From assembly GCA_034505795.1 (NCBI GenBank), contig JAPDQM010000004.1, positions 348-64,347 on the forward strand: a stretch of 64,000 nucleotides of DNA, read 5' to 3'. Positions within the stretch are counted from its first letter, which is position 1. Each line of letters starts with the position of its first letter. The notes below the pieces were generated by a model. The model saw only the letters and a list, made by a program, of their open reading frames with translations, searched no databases and was not told the DNA's origin. The position numbers and the translations under genes are program-made. The stretch is from Candidatus Zhuqueibacterota bacterium (lineage in GTDB: Bacteria; Zhuqueibacterota; Zhuqueibacteria; Thermofontimicrobiales; Thermofontimicrobiaceae). Positions 9,911 through 18,672 of this stretch are shown here, piece by piece.

Positions 9911-11908
9911 CTAACGGACGATCACAAACTTGCCAACTTTGGTACCTAATGACGGCGAATCCACCACAAACATATAAATTCCCGGCGCAGCTTCCTGATT
10001 GTTGCGCGTGATCAGATCCCACTCAGCCACGCTGGCATTAGCGCTACCCAGGAAATCTTCGGTTTTGCGGACAATTTCGCCCGAGGTAATTTCATCTACC
10101 AGATCGCCATCCAGGGTAAAGATCTTGATGGTCGCATCGGCTGGCAGATTCGTGAATTGCAGGCGATGTTGCCATGGGTCGGCATCGCTGGGGATGCGAT
10201 TGTTCCACACCGCGCTGCCAACATAGGGATTAGGCACCACTTTGATTCGATCCAGACTGTTCGCCACCGGATTGGCAGGGCAGATATATTTCAAATTGGC
10301 CAGGATGTTGGTTTCCAATCGGCCAAATGGCTCCGGTAAAGGTTTGCTGAACGATTGAACAGCGTAATAATAATCGAACCCCAGAACAATATCTCGGTCG
10401 ATGATTTGATATTTGCCTGGTTCATCCCCCGAAGGAGGCGGCCAACTGGTGCTGCCAGTAGTATCGACATAAGTACCCAAACCCAACGGTTTAAAGTCGA
10501 AATTGCCAGCCGCGGTTTTACCCGCGCTTTTCCAGACTTTAAAGCCTTGGAAGTTTTCATTGGCCAGCGGCACGTCATCCCAGATCACTTTAACGCCTTT
10601 GGTGAATCCATTTTCCACATAAAGCTCGAGTTTGAGATCGGGCGGCGGCGGTGCCAGGGATGCGATTTGATAATCGGCATCGACGATCAGTTGCGCCACG
10701 CGCATGTTCTTGATCAACTCGGCCAGGCTATACACCCCACCTCGTACCGGATCGCTGCCCACCGCCAATGCCGCGGTGACGACGATCGAATCGCCCGCTG
10801 CAAAATTTTCCAATGGGCCCAGGGTCATAATGGCGCGGTAATCATAAGGAAACGGTTTGCCGCCTGAAACGATGGGGCCTTCAAAAACCTTTGGCGCCAT
10901 CATCCGGTCGTATGATTCTTTATCTGTAGCCGGGTCATTATAGATATGGTTTTGATGAAATGAACTCACTTTGAATGAAGCCGGATAGGTTTTCAATACC
11001 CGAAAACCGATAAAGCCTGGTGTCTGCAACGTGCCATCGGGACCAGGATTGCCAGTATCATCAGCCTGGCCGTTATCGGCCGGATAATTGGGGTTGTCAG
11101 CATCCCACATGATCATCATCTGACTATCGGCATCAGCCGCCGTAATACCATGTTCCGCCTGCAACCAGTCCGGAAAATAGGAAAACCAATCCCAATTTGC
11201 ATTGCACGCGCCTAAGTCATCCTGGTTGGAAAAGCGATATTCCGCATCCCAATTCGGCAACTTAGAGACATCGGCATCCATGCGATAGGTAAAATAGAAA
11301 TTTTTCAGATCACGTGGCGTATCCGGATAGCCATCCCCATCGGAATCGATGCCCACGTTTTTGATAACGTATTCATAAATGATAAAATCATCGCGGAAGC
11401 TTTCGCTCCAGGCGTAGGTTCGCTCGATGACCTCCAATCCCAGCGGCGTATGCTCCGAAGCCAGCGGTGCTTGCACATCATAGTAGCGGGTGTAGGTATC
11501 CTCCTCCGAACGTGCACCGGCACCCGTGATTACCACGACTGAATCGATGGGCGCAAATTCATGATCATCGGCTTGAGAGGAATGAATCACACCGTTTACC
11601 TCTGCCGTCAACCACAGGCTGCCGCGATAGAGATAGGAATTGCCCGATCCGCCCGGATAATCGCATGATGGCGTTCGATTAACATACGCGTCATCGCCGG
11701 CATAGCCAAAATTGGTGACTCGATTCCATAGCGTGCCAATTTTGTGATACTTCCAGTTATCTAGAACGATGGGGCCAACGGCCGATTTGTCGCTTTTGGC
11801 CACCGCAAATTGCTTTTTCTGGCTATCGGCGCTCCAGACCAGTGATGCTGCACTAATCAGCATCACCAAAGTAATAGTTAGGGCAGGTAACAGATATTTG
11901 AATCTCAT
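9911..11908 (-). CDS. Secreted partner protein of the upstream TBDT (665 aa): unassigned N-terminal region, FN3-like module, divergent T9SS-like C-terminal domain
   Basis: Signal peptide MRFKYLLPALTITLVMLISAASLVWSA with AGGAGG upstream. FN3-like PPPPDLKLELYVENGFTKGVKVIWDD..FQGFKVWKS..FDYYYAVQSF. C-terminus IKVVPNPYVGS..LQFTNLPADATIKIFTLDGDLVDEI..PGIYMFVV..KFVIVR. Starts 26 nt after the TBDT stop. Confidence 0.85.
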   Translation of the reverse strand: MRFKYLLPALTITLVMLISAASLVWSADSQKKQFAVAKSDKSAVGPIVLDNWKYHKIGTLWNRVTNFGYAGDDAYVNRTPSCDYPGGSGNSYLYRGSLWLTAEVNGVIHSSQADDHEFAPIDSVVVITGAGARSEEDTYTRYYDVQAPLASEHTPLGLEVIERTYAWSESFRDDFIIYEYVIKNVGIDSDGDGYPDTPRDLKNFYFTYRMDADVSKLPNWDAEYRFSNQDDLGACNANWDWFSYFPDWLQAEHGITAADADSQMMIMWDADNPNYPADNGQADDTGNPGPDGTLQTPGFIGFRVLKTYPASFKVSSFHQNHIYNDPATDKESYDRMMAPKVFEGPIVSGGKPFPYDYRAIMTLGPLENFAAGDSIVVTAALAVGSDPVRGGVYSLAELIKNMRVAQLIVDADYQIASLAPPPPDLKLELYVENGFTKGVKVIWDDVPLANENFQGFKVWKSAGKTAAGNFDFKPLGLGTYVDTTGSTSWPPPSGDEPGKYQIIDRDIVLGFDYYYAVQSFSKPLPEPFGRLETNILANLKYICPANPVANSLDRIKVVPNPYVGSAVWNNRIPSDADPWQHRLQFTNLPADATIKIFTLDGDLVDEITSGEIVRKTEDFLGSANASVAEWDLITRNNQEAAPGIYMFVVDSPSLGTKVGKFVIVR

Positions 11909-11934
11909 TGATTTGCCTCCTTGGTCTCAACGAA

Positions 11935-14808
11935 TTAGAATTGCACTGCCAGGCCGAAACGAACCAGGCGCCGATCGCTATAGGCCTGTGGATTGCGGAT
12001 ATATGCGCCAGTTACATTGTCAATATTAATGATCGTTGGATCATTGGTGACTTCATAATACAACGAACTGCCGATCCAGTCAACATTTTTCCGATCAAAC
12101 AAATTATAAATATCCACGAAGAAGTCGAGGTTCAAATCGGACACTTTCACCTGGCGGATAAGTTTTACATCCGTGGTGGTGGTATAAGGCAGTCGTTTAT
12201 CATTGACCTTGCCTGATCCGTAGGAAGAATAAGGCAAGCCACTGCCATAGCGAAATTGGAAATTCGCCAACCAGTTCGCCAGCGGCCGAATGCCAGCCCA
12301 TTGCACACCGAAGTCTGCTGGGGAGCGCAGCGTCAGGGTCGCATTGATGGTGTGGGTTTGATCATAATCCAGAATATTCATACGACGGGCATCGGTAAAC
12401 GAGCCAGTTCCGCCCAGATAATTGGAACTCCGACCCTTCGCAATGGAATAGGTATAGTTGGCCGTCGCACCCCAGTATTTTCCAGTCCGTTTGGTAAACG
12501 TAAACTCAAGCCCCTTAATATTGCCATAATCGGCATTAGTAAAAATATTCAGCTCGATATTCTGAATACTTCGGCCCACATACTTTCGCCAGTCCATCAA
12601 ATTGGTCACGTCTTTGTAGTAGCCAGTAATCGTTCCTTTGATGTCATCGGAAAATTGATGTTCCACGCCCAATTCATAGGCTACGGTCTTTTCCGGCTTC
12701 AGATCAGGATTGCCAATGTAGTTTCCCACCTTGGTAAGCGATTGAATGAGATGGTTCCGATACAGGAAGTAACCATCGGGTCGCTGAAAATAGTGTCCAT
12801 AGGTAAAATGGAGCACGTCCCGAGCCGTGATTGGATGGGAAATACCCAGTCGAGGACTGAGTTGATATTTAACCGAGGCTTTGGTCGGGTTAAGGAATAG
12901 CGGAATCCCGCTTTCATCGACCTCGGTATAGGGATAGTTATAATCGCTGGGGAAATAGATCGGATCTTTCCAACCATTGGGATTGAACACATCAAAGCGC
13001 AACCCGATCAACGCAATGATGCCCTGGAATTCGAGCTTATCTTGCAAATAGGTAGCAAAATCATAGGTATCTTCATCCCAGATGTCCTTGCGAACCGCGG
13101 AGAGGTTGAGTGTCCAACTGATATTTTCCGTCTTCGTGCGATGCAGGTACAGTTCAAAACCACCTTTCAACAAATGGTTGGCCGTAATTTGGCTGACCAT
13201 ATCCGCCTTGAGGCTGTAGGTCCACGATTGCTGATCGCGATAACCAGGGTCGTCGCCGCGAATCCACCAATAGTTGTTCTCGCGCTCCCGATAGATCGGA
13301 TGTGGCCCTGGTTTGTTAATGTCCCACACCAGGTCTTCGCTGGTATTGCCATCCCCATCCCGATCTTCCACATCTGGAGTGGCGTAATGATAATTGGTGT
13401 AAAAATTATTGAAACGGATTTCATAAAACGTATTCGGACTCAACGTGTGGGTCCAGATGGCGTAGCCGATATTGCTTTTCTTATGATAGTTCCAGAGATA
13501 ATCCTGCATCCCTGCCACGTAGTAATTGCGAAGCACACCATAGGCGATCCCATCAGGGGTTGTCCCTGCCGAAGCAACCAATTCCCCCTGCTGAGCGCGA
13601 TATTTCGAGGGATCATTCACATAGACGTAGTGATTGATGGTATCGCCTTTCATGGTCTCGACGTCAAAATATTCGTTGATAGGATAATTAGGCGCCGGCC
13701 CGTACTTAGCGGCTGGAAAATAGTAGCTATCCCAATCACTTTTATTGAAAACACCTCCTATTGCCAATTTATGGTTCGATGACATGCGATAGGTCAACTT
13801 GCCTTGATAATTTTGATCCAACGATTTTTCGTTCAGATAGAACCCCTGATCCTTATCCGAAATCTCTGCCGACAGGGAGAGCAGCAGCGCGCCCGGAATT
13901 TTCAGCCCCAAGGTAGGCAACGCATAGGTGGTCAATGGCTCAGGGCCGTTCAAATTGAACTCGTAAATTTTCCGCATCATCCGCGATTTGTTCTGCCAGT
14001 TCTTCAGCGCGCCCAACGAATCCCCAAAGAACGATCGTGACGAAGTAGAAACATAGTTATTGATATTTAGGCTGCCAAAATCAGTGGATGTCGCCCGAAT
14101 TTTGCCGGAGTATTTGGTGGTGCCCTCTTTGAGCGCCAGGTTCAAAATGCCAGATTGGACGTTGCCATATTCGGCGCTAAAACCACCAAGTGAGACTTCC
14201 ATTTCCTGGATGCCATATTCTGGAATATCGCTGGTGAAGCCACCCAAATTGCCGGAATATTCACCCGCCGGATCTTTCACAGGAATGCCGTCAATCAACA
14301 CGAGCACTTCGCCGGTTCGGCCGCCACGAAAGTGGTTATTGACCACGCCGGCCTGGATATTGGCCATCCCCTGGAAATTATCCACGGGTTTGATATCAAA
14401 TTCTTCCGCGGACACAAAATGCCGGGTGGATATTTCGTCCTTTTGAATCATCGGCCGCTCGGCCACGATGGTCACGCCCTGGCCCTCGATAACCGTCATG
14501 GATAATTTAAAATCCACCTTGGTGGTCAGATCAATCGATACGCGCACGTTTTCGACATTTACCACCGAATATCCCATCATCGAGGCCCGCAGGCGATAGG
14601 TGCCCACAGGAACGTTCAGAATCACATACTGCCCATTGATATCCGTCGCGGCGCCCATCGACGTGCCTACTACCACAACATTGACGCCGGGCAGCGGCTG
14701 TGCAGTCTCCGAGTCGACGATCGTTCCCGCTATTTTTCCGGTAACCCCTGCAAAAGCAGTTGACACGGCCAGCAAGAATAGCGTTAAAAGAGTGAGTCGT
14801 TTAATCAT
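11935..14808 (-). CDS. TonB-dependent transporter with CarboxypepD_reg-like domain (short subfamily, 957 aa)
   Basis: Track ORF trimmed to ATG 14806-14808, preceded by GGAGGA. Signal peptide MIKRLTLLTLFLLAVSTAFA. VTGKIAGTIVD..GTYRLRASMMGY. Plug motifs HFRGGRTGEVLVLIDG..LNLALKEG. C-terminus ..RFGLAVQF. Confidence 0.9.
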   Translation of the reverse strand: MIKRLTLLTLFLLAVSTAFAGVTGKIAGTIVDSETAQPLPGVNVVVVGTSMGAATDINGQYVILNVPVGTYRLRASMMGYSVVNVENVRVSIDLTTKVDFKLSMTVIEGQGVTIVAERPMIQKDEISTRHFVSAEEFDIKPVDNFQGMANIQAGVVNNHFRGGRTGEVLVLIDGIPVKDPAGEYSGNLGGFTSDIPEYGIQEMEVSLGGFSAEYGNVQSGILNLALKEGTTKYSGKIRATSTDFGSLNINNYVSTSSRSFFGDSLGALKNWQNKSRMMRKIYEFNLNGPEPLTTYALPTLGLKIPGALLLSLSAEISDKDQGFYLNEKSLDQNYQGKLTYRMSSNHKLAIGGVFNKSDWDSYYFPAAKYGPAPNYPINEYFDVETMKGDTINHYVYVNDPSKYRAQQGELVASAGTTPDGIAYGVLRNYYVAGMQDYLWNYHKKSNIGYAIWTHTLSPNTFYEIRFNNFYTNYHYATPDVEDRDGDGNTSEDLVWDINKPGPHPIYRERENNYWWIRGDDPGYRDQQSWTYSLKADMVSQITANHLLKGGFELYLHRTKTENISWTLNLSAVRKDIWDEDTYDFATYLQDKLEFQGIIALIGLRFDVFNPNGWKDPIYFPSDYNYPYTEVDESGIPLFLNPTKASVKYQLSPRLGISHPITARDVLHFTYGHYFQRPDGYFLYRNHLIQSLTKVGNYIGNPDLKPEKTVAYELGVEHQFSDDIKGTITGYYKDVTNLMDWRKYVGRSIQNIELNIFTNADYGNIKGLEFTFTKRTGKYWGATANYTYSIAKGRSSNYLGGTGSFTDARRMNILDYDQTHTINATLTLRSPADFGVQWAGIRPLANWLANFQFRYGSGLPYSSYGSGKVNDKRLPYTTTTDVKLIRQVKVSDLNLDFFVDIYNLFDRKNVDWIGSSLYYEVTNDPTIINIDNVTGAYIRNPQAYSDRRLVRFGLAVQF

Positions 14809-15059
14809 GGAATCCTCCATTAAAATAGGCAAGATAGTTTAAAAGCAGAATAACGATGAGCGATTTGATTGTCGGTTGGTGCAATTTGAGTTAATCCAAT
14901 CATTGTTTAAAATAACAAATTGATTAAGGAATAACTACCTCTATGTCGGGAATGCTTCAGTTGCGATCAGGATTTTTGCAACAATTTAAAATAAAAATAT
15001 TAGCATGAAAGTCAAGAAAAAAATTTGGAAATTGTAAAATTCTTTTAAGCCATTTCATT

Positions 15060-15090
15060 ACTGACCGGTCGCTACGAGCGACCGGTCAGT
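15060..15090. repeat. GC-rich perfect palindrome, family 2 copy 2
   Basis: ACTGACCGGTCGCT-ACG-AGCGACCGGTCAGT, identical in its core to 8780-8810. Downstream of the GHL10 gene stop. Confidence 0.9.
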
Positions 15091-15106
15091 TTATCTCGGG
15101 CGCTTC

Positions 15107-15135
15107 CTGACCGGTCGCTGCCAGCGACCGGTCAG
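15107..15135. repeat. GC-rich perfect palindrome, family 2 copy 3 (variant loop)
   Basis: CTGACCGGTCGCT-GCC-AGCGACCGGTCAG, 14 nt downstream of the stop at 15149. Same arms as the other two copies with a different 3-nt centre. Confidence 0.9.
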
Positions 15136-15148
15136 TAGGGACTACAGA

Positions 15149-18100
15149 TTATTTGACCAAAACCATGGTTCGATGCTTTGCCGTGCCATCGACTTCCAAT
15201 CGGTAAAAATAGACTCCGCTGGCAAGCTGCCGACCATCAAACGGAATTTCATGATGCCCAGCAGTAAGCTGCCCATCCACCAGCGTTGCCACGTTGCGGC
15301 CCAGCAAATCGAAAACTTTCAAAACCACCCGTCCTGCAATCGGCAGCTCGAATGGAATCGTGGTGCTAGGATTGAACGGATTGGGATAGTTCTGGAACAA
15401 TTGGAACCCCGTGACGATGGCCGACGGTTCATCCGGAACTCCCACCGGTTCTGCCGACTTTTTCACAGCCCGCAAATTATCGACATAAATTTTACCGGAA
15501 AACGTGCCCGCGTCATCGTGGGTCAATTGAAAACTGTCGACATAGTAGGATTTGCCATCCATAATTTCATTGCCAAGCCAGGTGCCCACGCCATTGGGGT
15601 CGCTCAGGTCCCATTCAATCAATCGCCAGCCATACCAATCAATGGTCACCCATTTGGACACTTCCAGTGGATAGCCCTGGCCATCGACCTCCCGCAGTGA
15701 AAATCTGAATTTATTACGGCTACCATCCCCATAAACATAGCATTGCAAAATATAAGTATTATCAAATCGTACGTCCCTTGGGGCTCCGTTGGAGAGATAT
15801 TCGCGCAGCAGATAGCCTCCGGACGGCGGCGTAGTCATCCATTCATAGGCAATAAACGCGGACCGCTTATTCACCGGCGCCGTCGCTGAACCAGGCAGGT
15901 AGACCTCTTTGGAATAGCCAAATGATGTATTGGCCACCACAATTCCGGAAGTAGAACCGCTATAATTCGGCTGCTCCCAGAAACCGGTATTAGTAAAGTT
16001 ATCGATCAGCTTGATTTCAGTGTATCTCTCCAGTGCGGTTCTGAATAACACCTCGCGGCTGGAGGCGATGAGATTGCCAGTCGTATCGGTGATCGTATTG
16101 CGCAATTGCAACAAATAATCGCTGGCGGGCAACAATGGCTCATACCCTTTCAGATTGATTACCGACCGATCGCCCACCGCCGTGACCATGGTCTGAGTTT
16201 TAATAGTCACACCATCCTTGCTAAGTACCAGGGTGGTATCCAGTACGGTAGCGGGATTGATGAGCTCATCAAATACAACACCGATGACGTTGTCGACATC
16301 GAAATCAGGTGTCTCGCGATCGAAATCGGGATAGCTCGAGACGATAGTGGGGCCGGCATTGTCGATCGCCCGGGTTCGGAATCGCAATGAAAATGGATCG
16401 CCAGCAATCCCATCGCCATTGCCATCCAATGATCGGCCATTGACATCGGTGGCCAGATTGCCTATGGTAACGGTATACTCCGTATCAAAGGCAAGATTGC
16501 CTTTCACATCCAGCGTCAACGATTTATTCGCCGCATTCCAGATGAGTTGCTCCAGTTCGGCCACGGGATTGAACGTGATTGCACCCGCGAAGCTGCTTTG
16601 ATTCATGGTCTTGGAAAAATAAAAAACAATGGTGCTGTTTACCGGGATGGTATCCCCTTCTGCCGGATTGCTGGCGATGACAGTGGGCGGCAGTGACGGA
16701 ATTGGTTCCGTGTGAACCGCATTGGATACCGCGGACTCGTTCCAAAAGCGGTCAAGAGTGGTAGCAGCGTAATAATAGATTCCATTATAATCCTGCTGAC
16801 CGGTGAAGTGATCATTGAAAGAATAGCTCCCCTTCCCGAAGTGAATATCCAGAATTTCGTCCTCCGTCGGATCGAAAAGATCATCCGGTGAGCGATAAAG
16901 GGCAAATCGCTGATCGGCCTGGATGGATGGAGGGGGCGTAACGGTTATCTGATAGTTTAAAGAATCGATTTTGTCGATAGCTATTGCTGGAGCCGCAGGC
17001 GCCGTCATCGGATCGGCTTTGATCGGTCGGATTTTGGTTTTCCGATTGAAAAATGTCGCTGCGGCTTCTTCCCAATAGTCATAGTCCTCCCAACTGCCAT
17101 AGCTGAAGAATTGACAGCCGTCAACCCAGGGGATAGTTCTTATTTTCTCGACCACTTCGGGATGGCGATACCATATTTTTTGTTCAGCAAAAATATAAGA
17201 ACCCGGTCCAACGCTAAACAGTCGGCCCTCTTGAATGCCTTTTTGAATGTAGGGCCCCCAACACTGCGGTGGAGCACCGACAAGCATGTCGTAAAAGCCC
17301 TGGCCGGTGGTCCAATGATAATGCATTGGTGCCAATTGATCGACATAGCCTTCGTTGAACCACAATGCAGCATCCTGATGAACATCGCCATAGCCCTGCC
17401 AGGGCCCCCAATTGTATCGGCCCAGGGCGGCGGCTGATAGCCGAACCCATGGTTTCACTGCCTGGATTGAATCATGCAACGTGCGCACAAATTCCGTCAC
17501 CGACCAGCGCCACCATTCTTCCCAGGAGGAAAATCCCTGGGGCACACCAGAACTATAGGGATGTTCGATGTCGTAAAGATAGCGGGAACCGGTGCTTTGT
17601 GTCAATGCTTCAAGCTGATCTTCAGTGATCATACCATCCAGCACGCTCTCCTCGGCGCCTGGTTTTTTCAATCCCGACGATACCATCGGGCTACTGTACT
17701 CATTCCAGCGCACATAGTCCAGATGCAGGCCATCGATATCATAATTGCGAACTATCTCCATGGCAACTTTGATGGTATATTCGCGCACGGCTGCCAATCC
17801 CGGGGAGAGACAAATATAGGATGTCATCGGGTTGCCATCACGATCGCGACAGATCCATTCGGGATGCACGGCTGCTGGTGCCCCAGCCTGAGTCGATGAC
17901 GCCTGAAAGACGTTGAACCACGCATGTACCTCCATCCCTCTCTTGTGCCCTTCTTCCACAGCATACGCCAGCGGATCGTAACCAGGATGGCTATAACCGG
18001 CATAATAGCCCCAGGGCTCAAAAGATGAATTGTAATAGGCTGTCCCGCTCTGACGGCACTGCCACAGTACCGCGTTCATATTGGCCTGATGATGATTGTC

Positions 18101-18265
18101 CAGAATCTTCCGCACCAGCGCCTTGTTCTGTTCGGCAGGCTTTCCGGCGCTGATATGCTCCCAGGTGATCACCCAGGTCGCGCGAAATTCCTGATTTTTT
18201 CCACCCAAAAGATTCTGCTGCGATAGCAAAAATAAGGCAATCACAATAAAAATGCGTTTCATCAA
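15149..18265 (-). CDS. Secreted glycoside-hydrolase-like family 10 (GHL10/DUF187-type) protein with two SbsA/Big_5-like Ig domains, an unassigned ~183-aa module and a T9SS sorting domain
   Basis: Signal peptide MMKRIFIVIALFLLSQQNLLG with GGAGG upstream. N-terminus FRATWVITWEHIS..NMNAVLWQCRQSGTAYYNSSFEPW..GMEVHAWFNVF..DGLHLDYVRW resembles PF02638-type TIM barrels. Ig-like PPTVIASNPAEGDTIPVNSTIVFYFSKTMNQ and GPTIVSSYPDFD. C-terminus LFQNYPNPFNPSTTIPFELP..VLKVFDLLGRNVATLV..SGVYFYRL..MVLVK. Confidence 0.8.
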   Translation of the reverse strand: MMKRIFIVIALFLLSQQNLLGGKNQEFRATWVITWEHISAGKPAEQNKALVRKILDNHHQANMNAVLWQCRQSGTAYYNSSFEPWGYYAGYSHPGYDPLAYAVEEGHKRGMEVHAWFNVFQASSTQAGAPAAVHPEWICRDRDGNPMTSYICLSPGLAAVREYTIKVAMEIVRNYDIDGLHLDYVRWNEYSSPMVSSGLKKPGAEESVLDGMITEDQLEALTQSTGSRYLYDIEHPYSSGVPQGFSSWEEWWRWSVTEFVRTLHDSIQAVKPWVRLSAAALGRYNWGPWQGYGDVHQDAALWFNEGYVDQLAPMHYHWTTGQGFYDMLVGAPPQCWGPYIQKGIQEGRLFSVGPGSYIFAEQKIWYRHPEVVEKIRTIPWVDGCQFFSYGSWEDYDYWEEAAATFFNRKTKIRPIKADPMTAPAAPAIAIDKIDSLNYQITVTPPPSIQADQRFALYRSPDDLFDPTEDEILDIHFGKGSYSFNDHFTGQQDYNGIYYYAATTLDRFWNESAVSNAVHTEPIPSLPPTVIASNPAEGDTIPVNSTIVFYFSKTMNQSSFAGAITFNPVAELEQLIWNAANKSLTLDVKGNLAFDTEYTVTIGNLATDVNGRSLDGNGDGIAGDPFSLRFRTRAIDNAGPTIVSSYPDFDRETPDFDVDNVIGVVFDELINPATVLDTTLVLSKDGVTIKTQTMVTAVGDRSVINLKGYEPLLPASDYLLQLRNTITDTTGNLIASSREVLFRTALERYTEIKLIDNFTNTGFWEQPNYSGSTSGIVVANTSFGYSKEVYLPGSATAPVNKRSAFIAYEWMTTPPSGGYLLREYLSNGAPRDVRFDNTYILQCYVYGDGSRNKFRFSLREVDGQGYPLEVSKWVTIDWYGWRLIEWDLSDPNGVGTWLGNEIMDGKSYYVDSFQLTHDDAGTFSGKIYVDNLRAVKKSAEPVGVPDEPSAIVTGFQLFQNYPNPFNPSTTIPFELPIAGRVVLKVFDLLGRNVATLVDGQLTAGHHEIPFDGRQLASGVYFYRLEVDGTAKHRTMVLVK

Positions 18266-18454
18266 TACACCTCCAAGACAAGTTTATAATTTCAATTAAA
18301 ATTTCCCCACCAGATTTTGTCCCCACGTAAGATAAAACCTCGACCGATAGCTTCCTCCATGGCGTTCAGATCATGAGCAGGACCATTGCTCAGAAACGAG
18401 CGGAGTTAGCAATACCTTGGAGACCTTTCATTTCTGAGACCCATCTAACTCTCC

Positions 18455-18611
18455 TGTAACGCAATTTGCTAAATTGCGTTACATCCATCCGCACCGGTTC
18501 TATTATCACCCTGCAAAGCTGTAACGCAATTTGCCAAATTGCGTTACAACCATCCGCGGCGGTTCTATCATAGCAGGCAAAACTGTAATGCAATTTGCCA
18601 AATTGCATTAT
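18455..18611. repeat. Tandem array of three 64-65-bp units, each carrying the 27-bp palindrome GTAACGCAATTTGCCAAATTGCGTTAC (family 1)
   Basis: Palindromes at 18456-18482, 18521-18547 and 18585-18611 (the last degenerate). The inter-palindrome segments are similar to each other (xCCATCCGCxxCGGTTCTATxAT..). Lies between the stop at 18673 and the start at 18265. Confidence 0.9.
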
Positions 18612-18672
18612 AATCATCTGTTGAAAAATCTCATTGGTTAGATCCTTTGGCCTCTTTGAAGATACAGGTAAC

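Noticed and set aside
18455-18611. CRISPR-like appearance: 27-29-bp palindromic repeats separated by ~36-bp segments. The same applies to 24373-24541.
   Set aside because: The spacer segments are similar to each other, so each array is a tandem duplication of a 47-65-bp unit. There are only 3-4 units, the repeats are perfect palindromes, and no cas genes or leader are nearby.
18390-18617. Small track ORFs 18390..18617 (-), 20589..20780 (-), 20429..20680 (-) and 24355..24594 (+).
   Set aside because: Their sequences are simply translations of the palindromic repeat arrays (recurring CNAIWQIALQ / FAKIALQ peptides). They are non-coding.
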